From a virus (lineage: Duplodnaviria; Caudoviricetes), in IMG/VR virus record IMGVR_UViG_3300042691_019112, positions 1,197-65,196 of that record: DNA of 64,000 nt. One strand, given 5' to 3'. How positions within the stretch are numbered: position 1 is the first letter of the stretch; each line of letters starts with the position of its first letter. The notes under the pieces are model-generated. The model saw nothing but the letters and a program-made list of their open reading frames with translations. It did not search any database and was not told where the DNA came from. This document shows positions 36,012-46,984 of this stretch, piece by piece. Position numbers and translations under genes: made by a program.

Positions 36012-38701
36012 TGCTTGCGTATTTTACCCTCCTTTTCCAAGGCGGTTATTATGGATTCAAATTTAGCGGTTATGCGTGTCATGTCGGCTACTACGTCTTT
36101 GCCCACCCTTTCGGATAGAGCTTGCCTCGCCTTTCGCCCTGCTTGACCTTTGGCTTCGATAGCGGCAAAGTCGGCAGCGGTTACTTGCCCTTGGGCTTCT
36201 TGGGGACGCAGTTCGGGACTTTCTTGCCGCCCTTGGTCTTGCTGCCCACCATCTCGTAACCCTTCCAACAAGGGTTCTTCGTTTGCTTTTTCATCGGTAT
36301 TTGGTTTATTCTTTTGCTTTTCAAAATTGCTTCTTATTGCTTGGTAAAATCCAGCTCTTGTACTTTCTGGAACATAAGAAATAAGCACATTTTCTAAATA
36401 AGAGTTTGCCCTTATTTCCCCTCTCTCTTCTTTGGTTTCTATCCATCCTTCAATAAGCTGACTTCTTACATCGTCATTGCTTTCAGGAAACCTCCTTTTG
36501 AAATAAGATTCTATTTCATCAATCAAGTAGTCGGCATACTCATTGCCGGTGTGCTTTTGATTAATTTGACCTGATTCCTCTTTTGTATCAATTTTTACCT
36601 CGACAGGCAACTCTACCTTTTCTGCTTTGTCTTGTTTTGATGCTTCGTAGTCATCAATACTTCTTTGTATGGCATCTCTTTCGGCAATAGCGTTTTCATA
36701 TTCTTTTTTAGCCTTTCCAACCAAACCTTTTTTGCCCATTTGCATTTTTAGGGCGTTTATAGTAAAGTCAAGAGTTGCTCTTTTTGCGTAAAGTTCTGCT
36801 ACCTCTTTAGGCATCGCTTCCGCCTTCGCCTCGGTAACAGGGGCTTCTGCTTGCGGTGTTACCACCTCAACAGGGGTTTCTGCCACGGGTGCTTCTACAA
36901 CAGGTGTTTCTACAACAGGTGTTTCTACAACAGGTGTTTCTACAACAGGCTCAACAGGTGTAACAACAGGCTCTTCTTCAACAGCAGGTAGGTCGTCCGC
37001 AATACCAAGCAAGTCGTCATCACCAACAGCTACATCTTCCTCGGTAGCCACAACAGGTGTAACAACAGTAGGCGTACTCGCTATCCGCTTCAACTCCGCC
37101 TCTATCTCCTTCTTGCGCTTCTCGATACCTTTCTTCTTAGCCGTATTCGCCTCTTTCAGCAAGCCCAACTTGTCCGCCTTAGTGACCTTATCCAACTGCG
37201 CCACCTCGTCCGCAATATCTTCCAACTGCTCGATAAGCGGCTGCATAAGCCCTAACTGCCCTTCGTCGAAAGCACCAACACTTTTGTACCCCTCCAATGT
37301 TTCCTTAGCCCTCTTCTGCGCCTCGGTAAGCGGTAACTCCTCTGTCACCTCGGTAGCCACCACATTATCCTGCGACAGGTCATCAGCTAAAGCGGTGAGC
37401 GCATCTTCCGCCTCGTCGGTAGCTTGGGTCATGGCAGCCATAGGCGTATCGTCAACAGGCGGTGTTGTAGGCGGTACATTATCCAATGGATTAGCAGGTG
37501 GTGCATCCGGCGGAACGAAAGCCGCTTGTCTTTCCTCGGTAGTGGCAATAGTAGGAACAGGGTCTATGTCGTCCCTCGTGTCTATACCTTGAATACCACC
37601 AAAGATACCACCACCGATAGCACCTCCTAAGAAAGCCTCTCCTGCACGCGAAAGCACCTCGCCAGTAACATCGTCAATAGTACCACTTGGGTCAAACGTC
37701 CTACTGCCCGTAGCGGCATCGAAAGCCAACTGCGTACCCGACTGTCCTAACGATGTAAGACCTTCTTCTGTTCCTTCTCTAACTACGCCTTGAGCGATAC
37801 CAACGCCTCTCTTAGCAGCTAAGGCAGCAATCTTGCCCATGACAGCCTTAACGCCTTGCTCTACACCTTCTTTGCCGTACTTCTTAGCCGCCTCTTTTAC
37901 CTCTCTCGAAATCCACGACTTGGGTATCTTGGTCAAAGCGTCAAGACCTAAACTTTCGGCAGCAGCCTCGATACTACCCATGATAGTACCATAAGCGGTT
38001 GCTTGGTTATCGGTAAGTCCTAACTCTCTACCCATAGCGTAATTGTCGGATAGCGAAGAAGCGAAGTATGTACCTCCTAATGCAGCAGCAGAAGCCCCAC
38101 CCGTAACAGGTGCGGTGATAGCGGCAATAGCGGTAGGTAATATCTGCGCGGTTGCAGCCGTCCATGCGTCTAAGTCGGAAGGGTCGCGAAATACGTCAGT
38201 AGCGGACTTAGCGGACAACTTGGGAAAATCTTGTTTCAATTCCTTTTGCTGCGCCCTTGTTTCGTCGGCCATGCCCATGCGTGCCACCTCTCCCATCATA
38301 CGACCTTGCTCGGTAAATGGGTTCATGTAGGTCTGCATCTGTTCAAAGCCCCTTACAGCACTTTCGCCCATTTCTTTGAGGCTTCTACCCATGTAATCCA
38401 ACCTGCCCTCCTTCTTGGTAATATCAGGCATCGTACCTGTGGGTACGGTAGAAGGCTTAGGCAAGCCCCTCTCCTCCGCTTGCGCTTCGATAGCACCCAA
38501 AGCACCACGCATCTGTGTAGGCTTAGGCGGTGCAAGGCTCACCTTGGGTTGTGGTGCGGCATCTTGAGGTTCTAATGAAAGTTCGGGGTCTTTCTTGACC
38601 GCGAAGTCAACAAACTCTCTAATGCGTGTATCGTCAAGCCCATCCGCTTTCATCTTGCGGATAGCATCAAATAACTTCTGCTGCTTAGGTGTGTAACCCA
38701 T
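36002..38701 (-). CDS. large internal virion protein, 899 aa
   Basis: Glycine-rich hydrophobic helices, EG.EE motif, VVETP repeats, ends KQCP. Confidence 0.8.
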   Translation of the reverse strand: MGYTPKQQKLFDAIRKMKADGLDDTRIREFVDFAVKKDPELSLEPQDAAPQPKVSLAPPKPTQMRGALGAIEAQAEERGLPKPSTVPTGTMPDITKKEGRLDYMGRSLKEMGESAVRGFEQMQTYMNPFTEQGRMMGEVARMGMADETRAQQKELKQDFPKLSAKSATDVFRDPSDLDAWTAATAQILPTAIAAITAPVTGGASAAALGGTYFASSLSDNYAMGRELGLTDNQATAYGTIMGSIEAAAESLGLDALTKIPKSWISREVKEAAKKYGKEGVEQGVKAVMGKIAALAAKRGVGIAQGVVREGTEEGLTSLGQSGTQLAFDAATGSRTFDPSGTIDDVTGEVLSRAGEAFLGGAIGGGIFGGIQGIDTRDDIDPVPTIATTEERQAAFVPPDAPPANPLDNVPPTTPPVDDTPMAAMTQATDEAEDALTALADDLSQDNVVATEVTEELPLTEAQKRAKETLEGYKSVGAFDEGQLGLMQPLIEQLEDIADEVAQLDKVTKADKLGLLKEANTAKKKGIEKRKKEIEAELKRIASTPTVVTPVVATEEDVAVGDDDLLGIADDLPAVEEEPVVTPVEPVVETPVVETPVVETPVVEAPVAETPVEVVTPQAEAPVTEAKAEAMPKEVAELYAKRATLDFTINALKMQMGKKGLVGKAKKEYENAIAERDAIQRSIDDYEASKQDKAEKVELPVEVKIDTKEESGQINQKHTGNEYADYLIDEIESYFKRRFPESNDDVRSQLIEGWIETKEERGEIRANSYLENVLISYVPESTRAGFYQAIRSNFEKQKNKPNTDEKANEEPLLEGLRDGGQQDQGRQESPELRPQEAQGQVTAADFAAIEAKGQAGRKARQALSERVGKDVVADMTRITAKFESIITALEKEGKIRKQCP
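36181..36294 (-). CDS. overprinted small basic protein (37 aa)
   Basis: Hand-translated MKKQTKNPCWKGYEMVGSKTKGGKKVPNCVPKKPKGK*, A-rich leader. Confidence 0.7.
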   Translation of the reverse strand: MKKQTKNPCWKGYEMVGSKTKGGKKVPNCVPKKPKGK

Positions 38702-40113
38702 TACCGTAATAAATTATCGTAAAGTTCTTGGTTGCTCATTTTGTCCAAAGGCTTATTCTTTGGTTGTGACTGCGCTTGTGGCTGCGCCTGACCCAACTGT
38801 CCATTCAAGCTATTGGCTATGTCAAACATAGACTCCAGCTTGCTATTCATGATAGTTCTCTCTGCCTTAGTGCCTCCCTTGATAAACGGATTGAAGCCAT
38901 CAGCTAACACGTCCGCCAACGGTACATAGCCCTGAACATCCTTGACCTGCGTAACACCGCCAATGCCTGACTTCTCCTTAAACGAACCAACGGCAACAGG
39001 GATATACCCTGCATTATGCCCCTCACCCCTCAATTTAGCCACATCCTTATCAGGGATAGCCCTCTTGAACTTCCCATTCTTGTCGAACAGTACAGGCACA
39101 ATAGCGATATCACTAAACGACACCTCTCTGTTACCAGTAGATACAGGCGTGTCGTACTTACCTCCCTTACCACCACTCATAGCCACAAAGTTCATCAGGT
39201 TGGTAGTAACAGGACTTGAACCGCCAACAGGGATATGGTACTTAGTGGTGAACGTGTACGGTAGCACCTTGCCATTACGTGTAGGGTAATGCCCCGTAAA
39301 CACCGCCTTCGGCTCTTGCGCCTCCATAGCAGCTACAATCTCTGGCTTTTGCACTCCGCTTGGATTTGGATTTGGGTAAACCTGTCTTGCGGTAGGCATC
39401 ACCACCTGATTGATAGGTGCTTGCAGCCTCTCCGAGAAAGCCCGCTCCACCGCTTGTGGGTCATAGCCCTGCGCCACCAAAGTACGCTTCTGCTCCTCGA
39501 TAGCCTGTCTATTCGCCTCAACCTCACGCCTCGCCTGACCGTACTCCCCACCGTAAAACTGCCTACCACCGAAAGCCCTATTCGATGCCTCCGCGATAGT
39601 GTTCTCCGGCACAAAGTCGGTAGTAAACAACTCGTTGCTCTCACCCATAATAGGTAAGCCCGTAGCAGGGTCAATAGGCATCTGCTTGGTCAACTTGTCC
39701 TTGATAAGTTGGTCGTCGTAAACCCTCTTCATGGACTTCAATCGCTGCTCCAAAGCCTTAGCTTTTTGGATCTTCTGATTGAGCATCTGATTAGCCGTAA
39801 GTGTTTCGGGTCTGCGAATATCCACCTCCCCAGGCTTATAGCCCTTATACACTAAGTCGGTAACAAAGTTGTTGATGTCGGCTACCGCGTCCATGTAATC
39901 CCTGCTTTCCTTGAAGCCTGAAATGGTTTCCATGTCGGGATTGTAGAACTGCGACATCCCTGCCTCTGCGGCTTGCTTGGGTGTTTTCGCGTCCATCATA
40001 GACGCATATTGGTCGTCGGAATAGAATACAGGGGCGACAAAGCTGTCACTACCTCCTGTATCGCCCATGATAACCTGTTCGGGGTATGTTTCTTTAGGAA
40101 AGACTACTCTCAT
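38701..40113 (-). CDS. putative internal virion protein
   Basis: 470-aa ORF in the cargo gene series. Confidence 0.7.
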   Translation of the reverse strand: MRVVFPKETYPEQVIMGDTGGSDSFVAPVFYSDDQYASMMDAKTPKQAAEAGMSQFYNPDMETISGFKESRDYMDAVADINNFVTDLVYKGYKPGEVDIRRPETLTANQMLNQKIQKAKALEQRLKSMKRVYDDQLIKDKLTKQMPIDPATGLPIMGESNELFTTDFVPENTIAEASNRAFGGRQFYGGEYGQARREVEANRQAIEEQKRTLVAQGYDPQAVERAFSERLQAPINQVVMPTARQVYPNPNPSGVQKPEIVAAMEAQEPKAVFTGHYPTRNGKVLPYTFTTKYHIPVGGSSPVTTNLMNFVAMSGGKGGKYDTPVSTGNREVSFSDIAIVPVLFDKNGKFKRAIPDKDVAKLRGEGHNAGYIPVAVGSFKEKSGIGGVTQVKDVQGYVPLADVLADGFNPFIKGGTKAERTIMNSKLESMFDIANSLNGQLGQAQPQAQSQPKNKPLDKMSNQELYDNLLR

Positions 40114-41399
40114 TTTCTTCTATTAAGTGGCGACCTTTCAAACTCTCTACGTGCTAATCCTCTCTTCTTGGAAGCCTCCGCCTCCGCTAACATCATAGCT
40201 TGCATAATTGGATTTATGCTCTTCTTCGGTTGCGCTATTGGTCGTGGTGGACCCATCAACTCCGATTCAAGCTCGCCCCTGATAGCGTTAGCATCTTTGT
40301 TCACCATCTCATTGACATACCTATCCTGCGCAATCTGATTCTTCATCTCAATATCCTTACCCAGCTTCTTGGCTGCTGCTCGCTTTTGGAAGCTTTCGAC
40401 TACCGATGGTATATTGGTCAACGCTGCCGACAAGTTGTTTGCGGCCATCTGCCTACCCATCTGTCTTTCTCGGTTCGCCTGTTGCACCGCAAGCCTGTAA
40501 TCGTTAAGGTCTTGGTCTGACCTGTGGAACGCCTGACTTTGCAGCCTATCCGTTTCTTGGTTGCGCTGACCTAAGATGTTTTGCATAAGCTGTTGGTTGG
40601 ATAACCGCATCTGCTCTGCTGCTAACAAGTCCTTTCTCTTCTCTCCTGCATTACCCAATGCGGCTTGCTGTACGTTAGAAGCGAAACTCCCTGCCTGTCC
40701 ACCACTCGCGGCTGCTGCGTTGTTTTGAGCGGCTAACAAGCGCGAAGCGGAAGCCCTGTCCATCTCGCGTAACATCTGTGGCGACATCATCTCGGAGCGG
40801 ACTTGCGCCTTAGCAAGCTCGGTATTCAACACATTGTCGCGGTCGAATACAGGTTGTCCGGGGCGATTAGGCATCTTGGTGTTAGCGAGGTTCAACCCAT
40901 ACAACCCAAGTGCCGTGTTGGCTGCAAGTGGTATAAGGTCGGGAAACTTAGACTGTGGTTTTAGTTCGGGCGTAGGTCTTGTGCTAATATCCTCTAATGC
41001 AGGCATGGAGTAGGTGTAGTCGCCAAACTTACCATCAAGACCTTCGACCGTATTTCCTTTGTAGTATGGCTGCAACCCCCTCTTAGCAAGCATGGCGTTG
41101 TACTCATTCTGCATGGCTAACACGTCGGCATCTTTGGTGAGGTCGTACTTCTTCGCCCACGGGTGACGTAGGTAGAAGTCGGCCATATCCTTGTTAGAAG
41201 TACCAAAGGTGTTACCGCCTATCGCCTCTTGCGCTTGTGCAATAGCAGGTTGGCTTTTAGAGGTTTTGACTTTGGTGTTTTTGCCAACATTGAATAGTGT
41301 CTTTACGACATCATTAAAGTTGAGGAACTTATCGTAGTTAGGGTTTTTCTTTCTTTTTTCTGCCCTAATCTTTTCTTTGTCGTCGGTTATTGTTGCCAT
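40110..41399 (-). CDS. putative ejection or internal virion protein
   Basis: Ala/Gln-rich coiled coil; DGKFGDYT motif. Confidence 0.7.
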   Translation of the reverse strand: MATITDDKEKIRAEKRKKNPNYDKFLNFNDVVKTLFNVGKNTKVKTSKSQPAIAQAQEAIGGNTFGTSNKDMADFYLRHPWAKKYDLTKDADVLAMQNEYNAMLAKRGLQPYYKGNTVEGLDGKFGDYTYSMPALEDISTRPTPELKPQSKFPDLIPLAANTALGLYGLNLANTKMPNRPGQPVFDRDNVLNTELAKAQVRSEMMSPQMLREMDRASASRLLAAQNNAAAASGGQAGSFASNVQQAALGNAGEKRKDLLAAEQMRLSNQQLMQNILGQRNQETDRLQSQAFHRSDQDLNDYRLAVQQANRERQMGRQMAANNLSAALTNIPSVVESFQKRAAAKKLGKDIEMKNQIAQDRYVNEMVNKDANAIRGELESELMGPPRPIAQPKKSINPIMQAMMLAEAEASKKRGLARREFERSPLNRRK

Positions 41400-41400
41400 G

Positions 41401-42144
41401 TTATGCTTTCATTAGACTGTTAATGGTAAAGTTTCGCGTCTGTTCGCGCTGCATTGTATCGTTGGCAGCCATCTCATTCATAAGCTGCTCAAACTGCTCG
41501 TAGCTAATCTTCGACTTGAGGTCGTCGCGCCAAATGTTATCGTAGTAGTGCCTAAGCACGGGCTTATCCAACACTCTTTTATTGTAACCTCTTGGCATCT
41601 GCTGAAAAAGCCTGTAAACATCGTTACGCGCCTCCATAATCCTTGCCCTCACCTCTTGAGGTGAAGAAAGGTAGTGGCCATGCTCGTCTTGCGCACCGCC
41701 TTCCAAAGGCTGCATCGTCCTACTTACAGTATCGTAATAATGCCCTAACTCATGCGACAAGTTACTCTCATCGTCGTAAACAAGCTGGTTGGTATTAGGG
41801 TCGTAGTAACCCTTCTCTAAGACAGTCTTATTGCCCATCTTAATCTCAACGGGCTTCTCCCTCTTGGTCATCTTAGGCGAAGATTTAGCCTTTGCCCTCG
41901 AAGCCTGAATCATGAGTTTAGCCATAAAGTCGGGCTTCCCCGCCTTTTTGAACTGCTCTTTGGTATTCTGCTCAAAGACAGGGGATTCGATGTACTTCTT
42001 ATGAAAGCCGATAGGGTTCATAGACTGCAACATAACCTGCTTCATAGGGATAAACCTATTAACAGAAGTACTTGACACCTCCGATGGAACAACCGCTAAT
42101 GGGTTGTCTATAAGCTCTCCCTTGCTGTTCTTAATCCTTGGCAT
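41401..42144 (-). CDS. zincin-like metallopeptidase
   Basis: GYYD...LSHELGHY...YL....EVRAR. Confidence 0.7.
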   Translation of the reverse strand: MPRIKNSKGELIDNPLAVVPSEVSSTSVNRFIPMKQVMLQSMNPIGFHKKYIESPVFEQNTKEQFKKAGKPDFMAKLMIQASRAKAKSSPKMTKREKPVEIKMGNKTVLEKGYYDPNTNQLVYDDESNLSHELGHYYDTVSRTMQPLEGGAQDEHGHYLSSPQEVRARIMEARNDVYRLFQQMPRGYNKRVLDKPVLRHYYDNIWRDDLKSKISYEQFEQLMNEMAANDTMQREQTRNFTINSLMKA

Positions 42145-42145
42145 A

Positions 42146-42688
42146 TCAGAAGTTCATGAAGTTGCTTAGTGTATAAGGTTGAACCTTAGCTTTCATCCTC
42201 TGCTCATTCTCTCTCTTGTAGTCGTCGAGGCTGTTCTGTTGCTGTTGCATCGCATTACGCTGTCCTGCTTCCCTGCTGTACCTACGCTCGTCGCTCATCT
42301 GCTGCATCATCTTAGCCTTAGCACCGCCATCGCCAAACAAAGCACTCACGCCCCTGCCTAAAGCATCGCCAACCGCACCGCCTACTTGCGCACCTGCTGC
42401 ACCTCCAAAGATGAAGCCTAAGCCTGTACCTATACCCGTACCTACGCCACCACCTATATCTCCCCTCCTGTCCATCTCGGCATTAGAAGCGGCTTCAGCC
42501 ATCTGCATACCTGCGGCTTCGTCGTATTGTGGCACATCCTCACCCATGCGGTAAGCACCGCCAGAAGGCATCATAGGCTTGCTCTTGGACATCATAGCCC
42601 GAAGCATGGACATAGAACTGTTAGCGACTTGCCCCCAAGGGAAATCCCCAGTCTTGGTAGTGTTATCTTGGTCTGTCGTCTGGTTCAT
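42146..42688 (-). CDS. glycine-zipper ejection protein
   Basis: GxxxG repeats then a Q-rich helix; follows the muzzle gene. Confidence 0.7.
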   Translation of the reverse strand: MNQTTDQDNTTKTGDFPWGQVANSSMSMLRAMMSKSKPMMPSGGAYRMGEDVPQYDEAAGMQMAEAASNAEMDRRGDIGGGVGTGIGTGLGFIFGGAAGAQVGGAVGDALGRGVSALFGDGGAKAKMMQQMSDERRYSREAGQRNAMQQQQNSLDDYKRENEQRMKAKVQPYTLSNFMNF

Positions 42689-42697
42689 ACATCAAAG

Positions 42698-45600
42698 TTA
42701 ACGCACCCTTTGGGATTTACGATATTTAACACTAATACCATTAACCACAATATCTTCCGATGGGTTATTGTCAATCCTGAATATCGCCCTTAGATATTTA
42801 CCTCTAAGCCTTGCCATATCCCCTGCATTACGCATCTCATTGACATAGAACAGTCCGTTACGTGGCGTTACCTCCGCGCTAACACCGTTAACACCTAATG
42901 TCACACCGTCGAACTCCGCTACAAAGTCAATAGACGTTAGCGGCTTGTTGCTGTTGATAAGCATCACATCGAACACCTTAGCGGTATATGGCTCACCCAC
43001 AAATACACACTCAAACACACTGCCTCTGATAGTGTTATCACCCAACACGTATTGCCCCTTGGTGCCTTCGTACATCTGTCCTATCTGTGTAAGCACTGAA
43101 TCGCCGGAGCGAATCTGATAGAACGTACCACCTGCACTCACCAACCACAATCGCAAGGTTTGGTCGGTATCTGCGTATCCAAACTGCGTCTTAAACGCCT
43201 TGAACCTTGTGTTGTAAACCAACCACATTCCCGACCTGTTGACCGTACCTGTGGCGTTACCTGCGACATACGTGCTGTCCTGCCATGCTCCTGCGTAGAA
43301 GTGAAGCTCCTTCAACCTGCTGTCATACCACAACTGTAACCTGTTTTCGGGTATTTTGTTATTGGTATCCAACACATTGTCGAAGATGTTTTGGTTGCCT
43401 TGCGACGAAAGTAAGTCCACACCATCGCTAAGCATCACCAAAGCCCTGTTTCTTGCATCTACTAAGCATACGCCCATCTCGGTAGATATTACTCCCCTGA
43501 TGTGCTGACTGCCGTACTGTGTGGTAATATACCTCACTACCTTATCGGGGATATAGACGTTGGTAGCCACGCTTAACGCCTCACCACCTGTTTCGGTAAT
43601 GATATTCTCGTTTACAGGTATCACCCTGATAGCGAACTCCTGCACCGCAAGCAAGGCATCGTCCACGCGCTTGACAAGCCTTGTCAACTCACCAAACTGC
43701 TCGTCTAAGTCAAAGAAGCTGTTAACGCGGTAGATGTTAAACCCTTCGATGCCCGTTTGATACACCTTTTGGTCGCTTATGAGAAAGCGAGATGGAAATC
43801 TGTTGTTTACGGGGTTTCGTAGGTCGGGGTTTGCAAAGATTTTCTGATTCTGTGAGGCGGAGAAGCCACCGTTGTAGCTGTAAAACCACGTGCGGTCGAA
43901 GTTGACAATAGAGCCTGACTGATAAGGGAAGCGGTCGTTTTCCGCGAAGTACCTGCTATCTATCTCGGATTCCATGAATAGCGTTAACACTTCTACCATG
44001 TCAAGCTGGCTTCCTGTTTTGGCTACAAGCCCTGTTTCAAAGTCAAGCCCTGTACTCGGCTGTACTGTTTGATACACTACTGGCCTGTTGATACCATTGT
44101 TGACCTTGTAGGCGTACTGGCCTATGAAGCAATCGCCACCTAAGATGTCGATGTTGTAAGAAGGCACTTCGTTGTCAACCTCTATAATTTCGGAGGCGAG
44201 TTGCCACGTCTGCTGCGCTTCTATGTCACCGTACCTATCCTCTCCTAACCCTGCTTCGATATTGAGTATCATGGCGTATGCTGCTGTTTCGGTAGATAAG
44301 GCCACGTCGGATACATTGACAGGTACTGGAAATAAATTAAAGTCAGATGTCCCCCATCTTAAAGCAAGCAATACATTCAGGAATATAGTATCAGACATAT
44401 TATTTGTAGCTGGCAACGCTGTCTTGAATAACTTGGTGAGTAGTGCCGTTTCCTGTGTAGCAATGATAGCCGATGGGTCGGGCAAGGCGATATTTAAGTG
44501 AGCAAGCAAAGCCCTCTGCACCTGCACCTCATTACCGAAACGTATCCTTTGCGCTGCTGGTATCTGATTGATACCGCTATCCACCTGCTGTTGGCTTAGG
44601 TCGGTCTGACCGCCATACCTAACAATGTTTTGGTAGTTAGTAGATAACGGAAAGATGCTAAAAGGCAGCGTCTGTAAAGCACTTCCGTTGACTACTGGCA
44701 AGGTGTTTAAGATGGTGTAAGCCGACTGTATCCCTGCTAAAGTCATTGGCTGGGTATTCAGCAATTTAGCGTAAGGAACGTCATTCCATACCCCACCGCT
44801 ATACTTCTGATACTGCAATCCATCGCCTCGGTAGTAGTAATTGTTGGCAGTGATAGCATTGTAAACATACACTTCCTTGTTAAAATTACTTCCATCTACG
44901 ATGTTAAACGAAGCGCCAATCCAATCAAACCATACGGCATCTACTGGTTTTATCATGGCATTTGCGCCTATATCAAAGCCACCAAACGGCTCTCCTGCAT
45001 TGTTGAATACGAAGTCGGGGTGCGCTAACAAAGCACCACGAGGCGAAGCAAAAAGACCTGTTTCTAAAGAAGCGTCTTGCCTTAGCCATGATATTTGCTC
45101 AATATTCTGAAATGGGGGGCCGCCACCTGCGCTTTGTAACTGCCTTGTGTATTTACCCAAGTTAGCCGCACCGCCTATCCTAAACACCTTAGGCATGATA
45201 GTGTCGTTAACCTCGTTGTAATCGTCGTTATTCACAAGGTTTTTACCTGGCGTAACCACCCCCTGCGAAGCCACCAACGGAATATGCGGTGTCTGCCCCA
45301 AGATATTCTTTATCCTCGGCCTCCTCACAATAGCGAAAGCCGTAGCCCACGTAGGAAAGTCTTTGATACCTTCAATACGCAAGCCCATATTCTGCACATT
45401 GCTACCATCTAACAAAGCCGCAAAAGGCTTATCCCTCGAAGGGTAACGCCAATCCGTATTACTACTATGGTTGTAAGCATCGCCTAAGCATACTTGTATC
45501 GTATTGCCTACAAACGATGGTGGAACAATATTCGCATGGCCTAACGACAATACCGTACTGCCCAATGCAAAAGCAACAGCAGCCACGTAATACACGTAGT

Positions 45601-46984
45601 CCGTGCCTCCATTATTAATCTTCACCAACGTGCCAACAGGATAAGAAGCTACATGATTACCCGTAATACCTACCTGTACAGTTTCACTCGCTGCCACATA
45701 TCCCGACGCTGAAATAACATTCGACGGCAAAGAAGCACCCGTAACAGGGTTAACAGTAGCCAACCGCCTCAAACTCCTACCTGCTGAATTAGCACCTAAG
45801 TCCAACGGCTTAACCTGACCCCACAAACCCCTTGCATCCCTACATACGATACCATACCGATACAACTCATCCCTAAAATGGCCGTACCGCTCAAAGACTT
45901 CTCCATCGGAGTAGTTCATCATGCTTGTAGGAAACTTCTTCGTATAAGCCGTATCAAACGTACATTCCGTATCCTGAATACGCCTGTCGTTATACACGAT
46001 ATTGCCCGGCAGCGCACGCAAGTCCTTTTGCGTCCACGTCTTAGCCGACTTGATATTCGCTGGCTCAACAACTATCTCCGATAACGGCAACTCCGTTTCT
46101 GCGTCGTTACCCGTATAGCTATAAGGCTGGGGCGACGAAGCTATCTCCTGCATGGGCAACAGGTAACACACCGTCTGCGTAACCATATCGCCTGTGTTAT
46201 TCTTGATAACCGCAAGCTGAAAGGTGTCGTAACCTGCCGATATACCCGCACCACCGTCAATACTCAAGTCAATCTTCTTGCCTGTATTCACCCCTACACC
46301 ACCGCCCAACAAAGGAGCCGACGTGTCCGCAATAGCAGGGATAGGAGGCGTAAACAACCCCCACGTGCTGTACTTGAAGTTAGTTCTATTGTAAAACCTT
46401 ACCGCAAACTGATACGTTCCCGACGTTAGATTACCCCCCTGCGACAAAGCCACAAAAGCGATATTATTAGGGATAGTGCCGCTAACAATAGATGGAAAGA
46501 TGTCCATCGTAACCAACGTGTTGGTATAAGCATCGTCAACCACCACCACCCTCAAGTTATTCACATTGTCCGTGAAGTAGAACTTAGGCGTGGTCAACTC
46601 AATGAAAGCGAAGCCGTCAACCGTACCATCAACAGGCAGGTTCAAGTTACCGCTAAACAACACCGAGTAGTACTCCGACTGCACCGAGTGAAAGACAATC
46701 AGATCCGTCGTGCTGACCCCTGCGATAAACAGGATAAAGCCCTGCTGCATAACACCGCCAACCTTCCCGTTGCATGGGAACGCGCCAATAACCTGATAGC
46801 CTGTGGTCGAAGCGATAGAGTAGATATTCTGCGTTCCGTTGAGAGGCGTGTAGCTTATCATATCGCCCAACAACGCAAAGTCCATATTCACCGCCTGTCT
46901 TACGCTATTAGCGGACTGCTGCTGTGGCGATACATCCGTCACAAGCCCCTTCTCAAAGGTGTTGTCTAAATACTCGAAACTCAT
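42698..46984 (-). CDS. tail muzzle or stabilisation protein (crAss-like), 1428 aa
   Basis: N.F.KGL.TD start, YFTD..N, GNL.SG.YQFA.R, YRYGIV, GGDCFI, RLRGKY end. Confidence 0.75.
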   Translation of the reverse strand: MSFEYLDNTFEKGLVTDVSPQQQSANSVRQAVNMDFALLGDMISYTPLNGTQNIYSIASTTGYQVIGAFPCNGKVGGVMQQGFILFIAGVSTTDLIVFHSVQSEYYSVLFSGNLNLPVDGTVDGFAFIELTTPKFYFTDNVNNLRVVVVDDAYTNTLVTMDIFPSIVSGTIPNNIAFVALSQGGNLTSGTYQFAVRFYNRTNFKYSTWGLFTPPIPAIADTSAPLLGGGVGVNTGKKIDLSIDGGAGISAGYDTFQLAVIKNNTGDMVTQTVCYLLPMQEIASSPQPYSYTGNDAETELPLSEIVVEPANIKSAKTWTQKDLRALPGNIVYNDRRIQDTECTFDTAYTKKFPTSMMNYSDGEVFERYGHFRDELYRYGIVCRDARGLWGQVKPLDLGANSAGRSLRRLATVNPVTGASLPSNVISASGYVAASETVQVGITGNHVASYPVGTLVKINNGGTDYVYYVAAVAFALGSTVLSLGHANIVPPSFVGNTIQVCLGDAYNHSSNTDWRYPSRDKPFAALLDGSNVQNMGLRIEGIKDFPTWATAFAIVRRPRIKNILGQTPHIPLVASQGVVTPGKNLVNNDDYNEVNDTIMPKVFRIGGAANLGKYTRQLQSAGGGPPFQNIEQISWLRQDASLETGLFASPRGALLAHPDFVFNNAGEPFGGFDIGANAMIKPVDAVWFDWIGASFNIVDGSNFNKEVYVYNAITANNYYYRGDGLQYQKYSGGVWNDVPYAKLLNTQPMTLAGIQSAYTILNTLPVVNGSALQTLPFSIFPLSTNYQNIVRYGGQTDLSQQQVDSGINQIPAAQRIRFGNEVQVQRALLAHLNIALPDPSAIIATQETALLTKLFKTALPATNNMSDTIFLNVLLALRWGTSDFNLFPVPVNVSDVALSTETAAYAMILNIEAGLGEDRYGDIEAQQTWQLASEIIEVDNEVPSYNIDILGGDCFIGQYAYKVNNGINRPVVYQTVQPSTGLDFETGLVAKTGSQLDMVEVLTLFMESEIDSRYFAENDRFPYQSGSIVNFDRTWFYSYNGGFSASQNQKIFANPDLRNPVNNRFPSRFLISDQKVYQTGIEGFNIYRVNSFFDLDEQFGELTRLVKRVDDALLAVQEFAIRVIPVNENIITETGGEALSVATNVYIPDKVVRYITTQYGSQHIRGVISTEMGVCLVDARNRALVMLSDGVDLLSSQGNQNIFDNVLDTNNKIPENRLQLWYDSRLKELHFYAGAWQDSTYVAGNATGTVNRSGMWLVYNTRFKAFKTQFGYADTDQTLRLWLVSAGGTFYQIRSGDSVLTQIGQMYEGTKGQYVLGDNTIRGSVFECVFVGEPYTAKVFDVMLINSNKPLTSIDFVAEFDGVTLGVNGVSAEVTPRNGLFYVNEMRNAGDMARLRGKYLRAIFRIDNNPSEDIVVNGISVKYRKSQRVR

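Noticed and set aside
36895-36950. 15-bp tandem repeat encoding VVETP
   Set aside because: Ordinary low-complexity linker expansion
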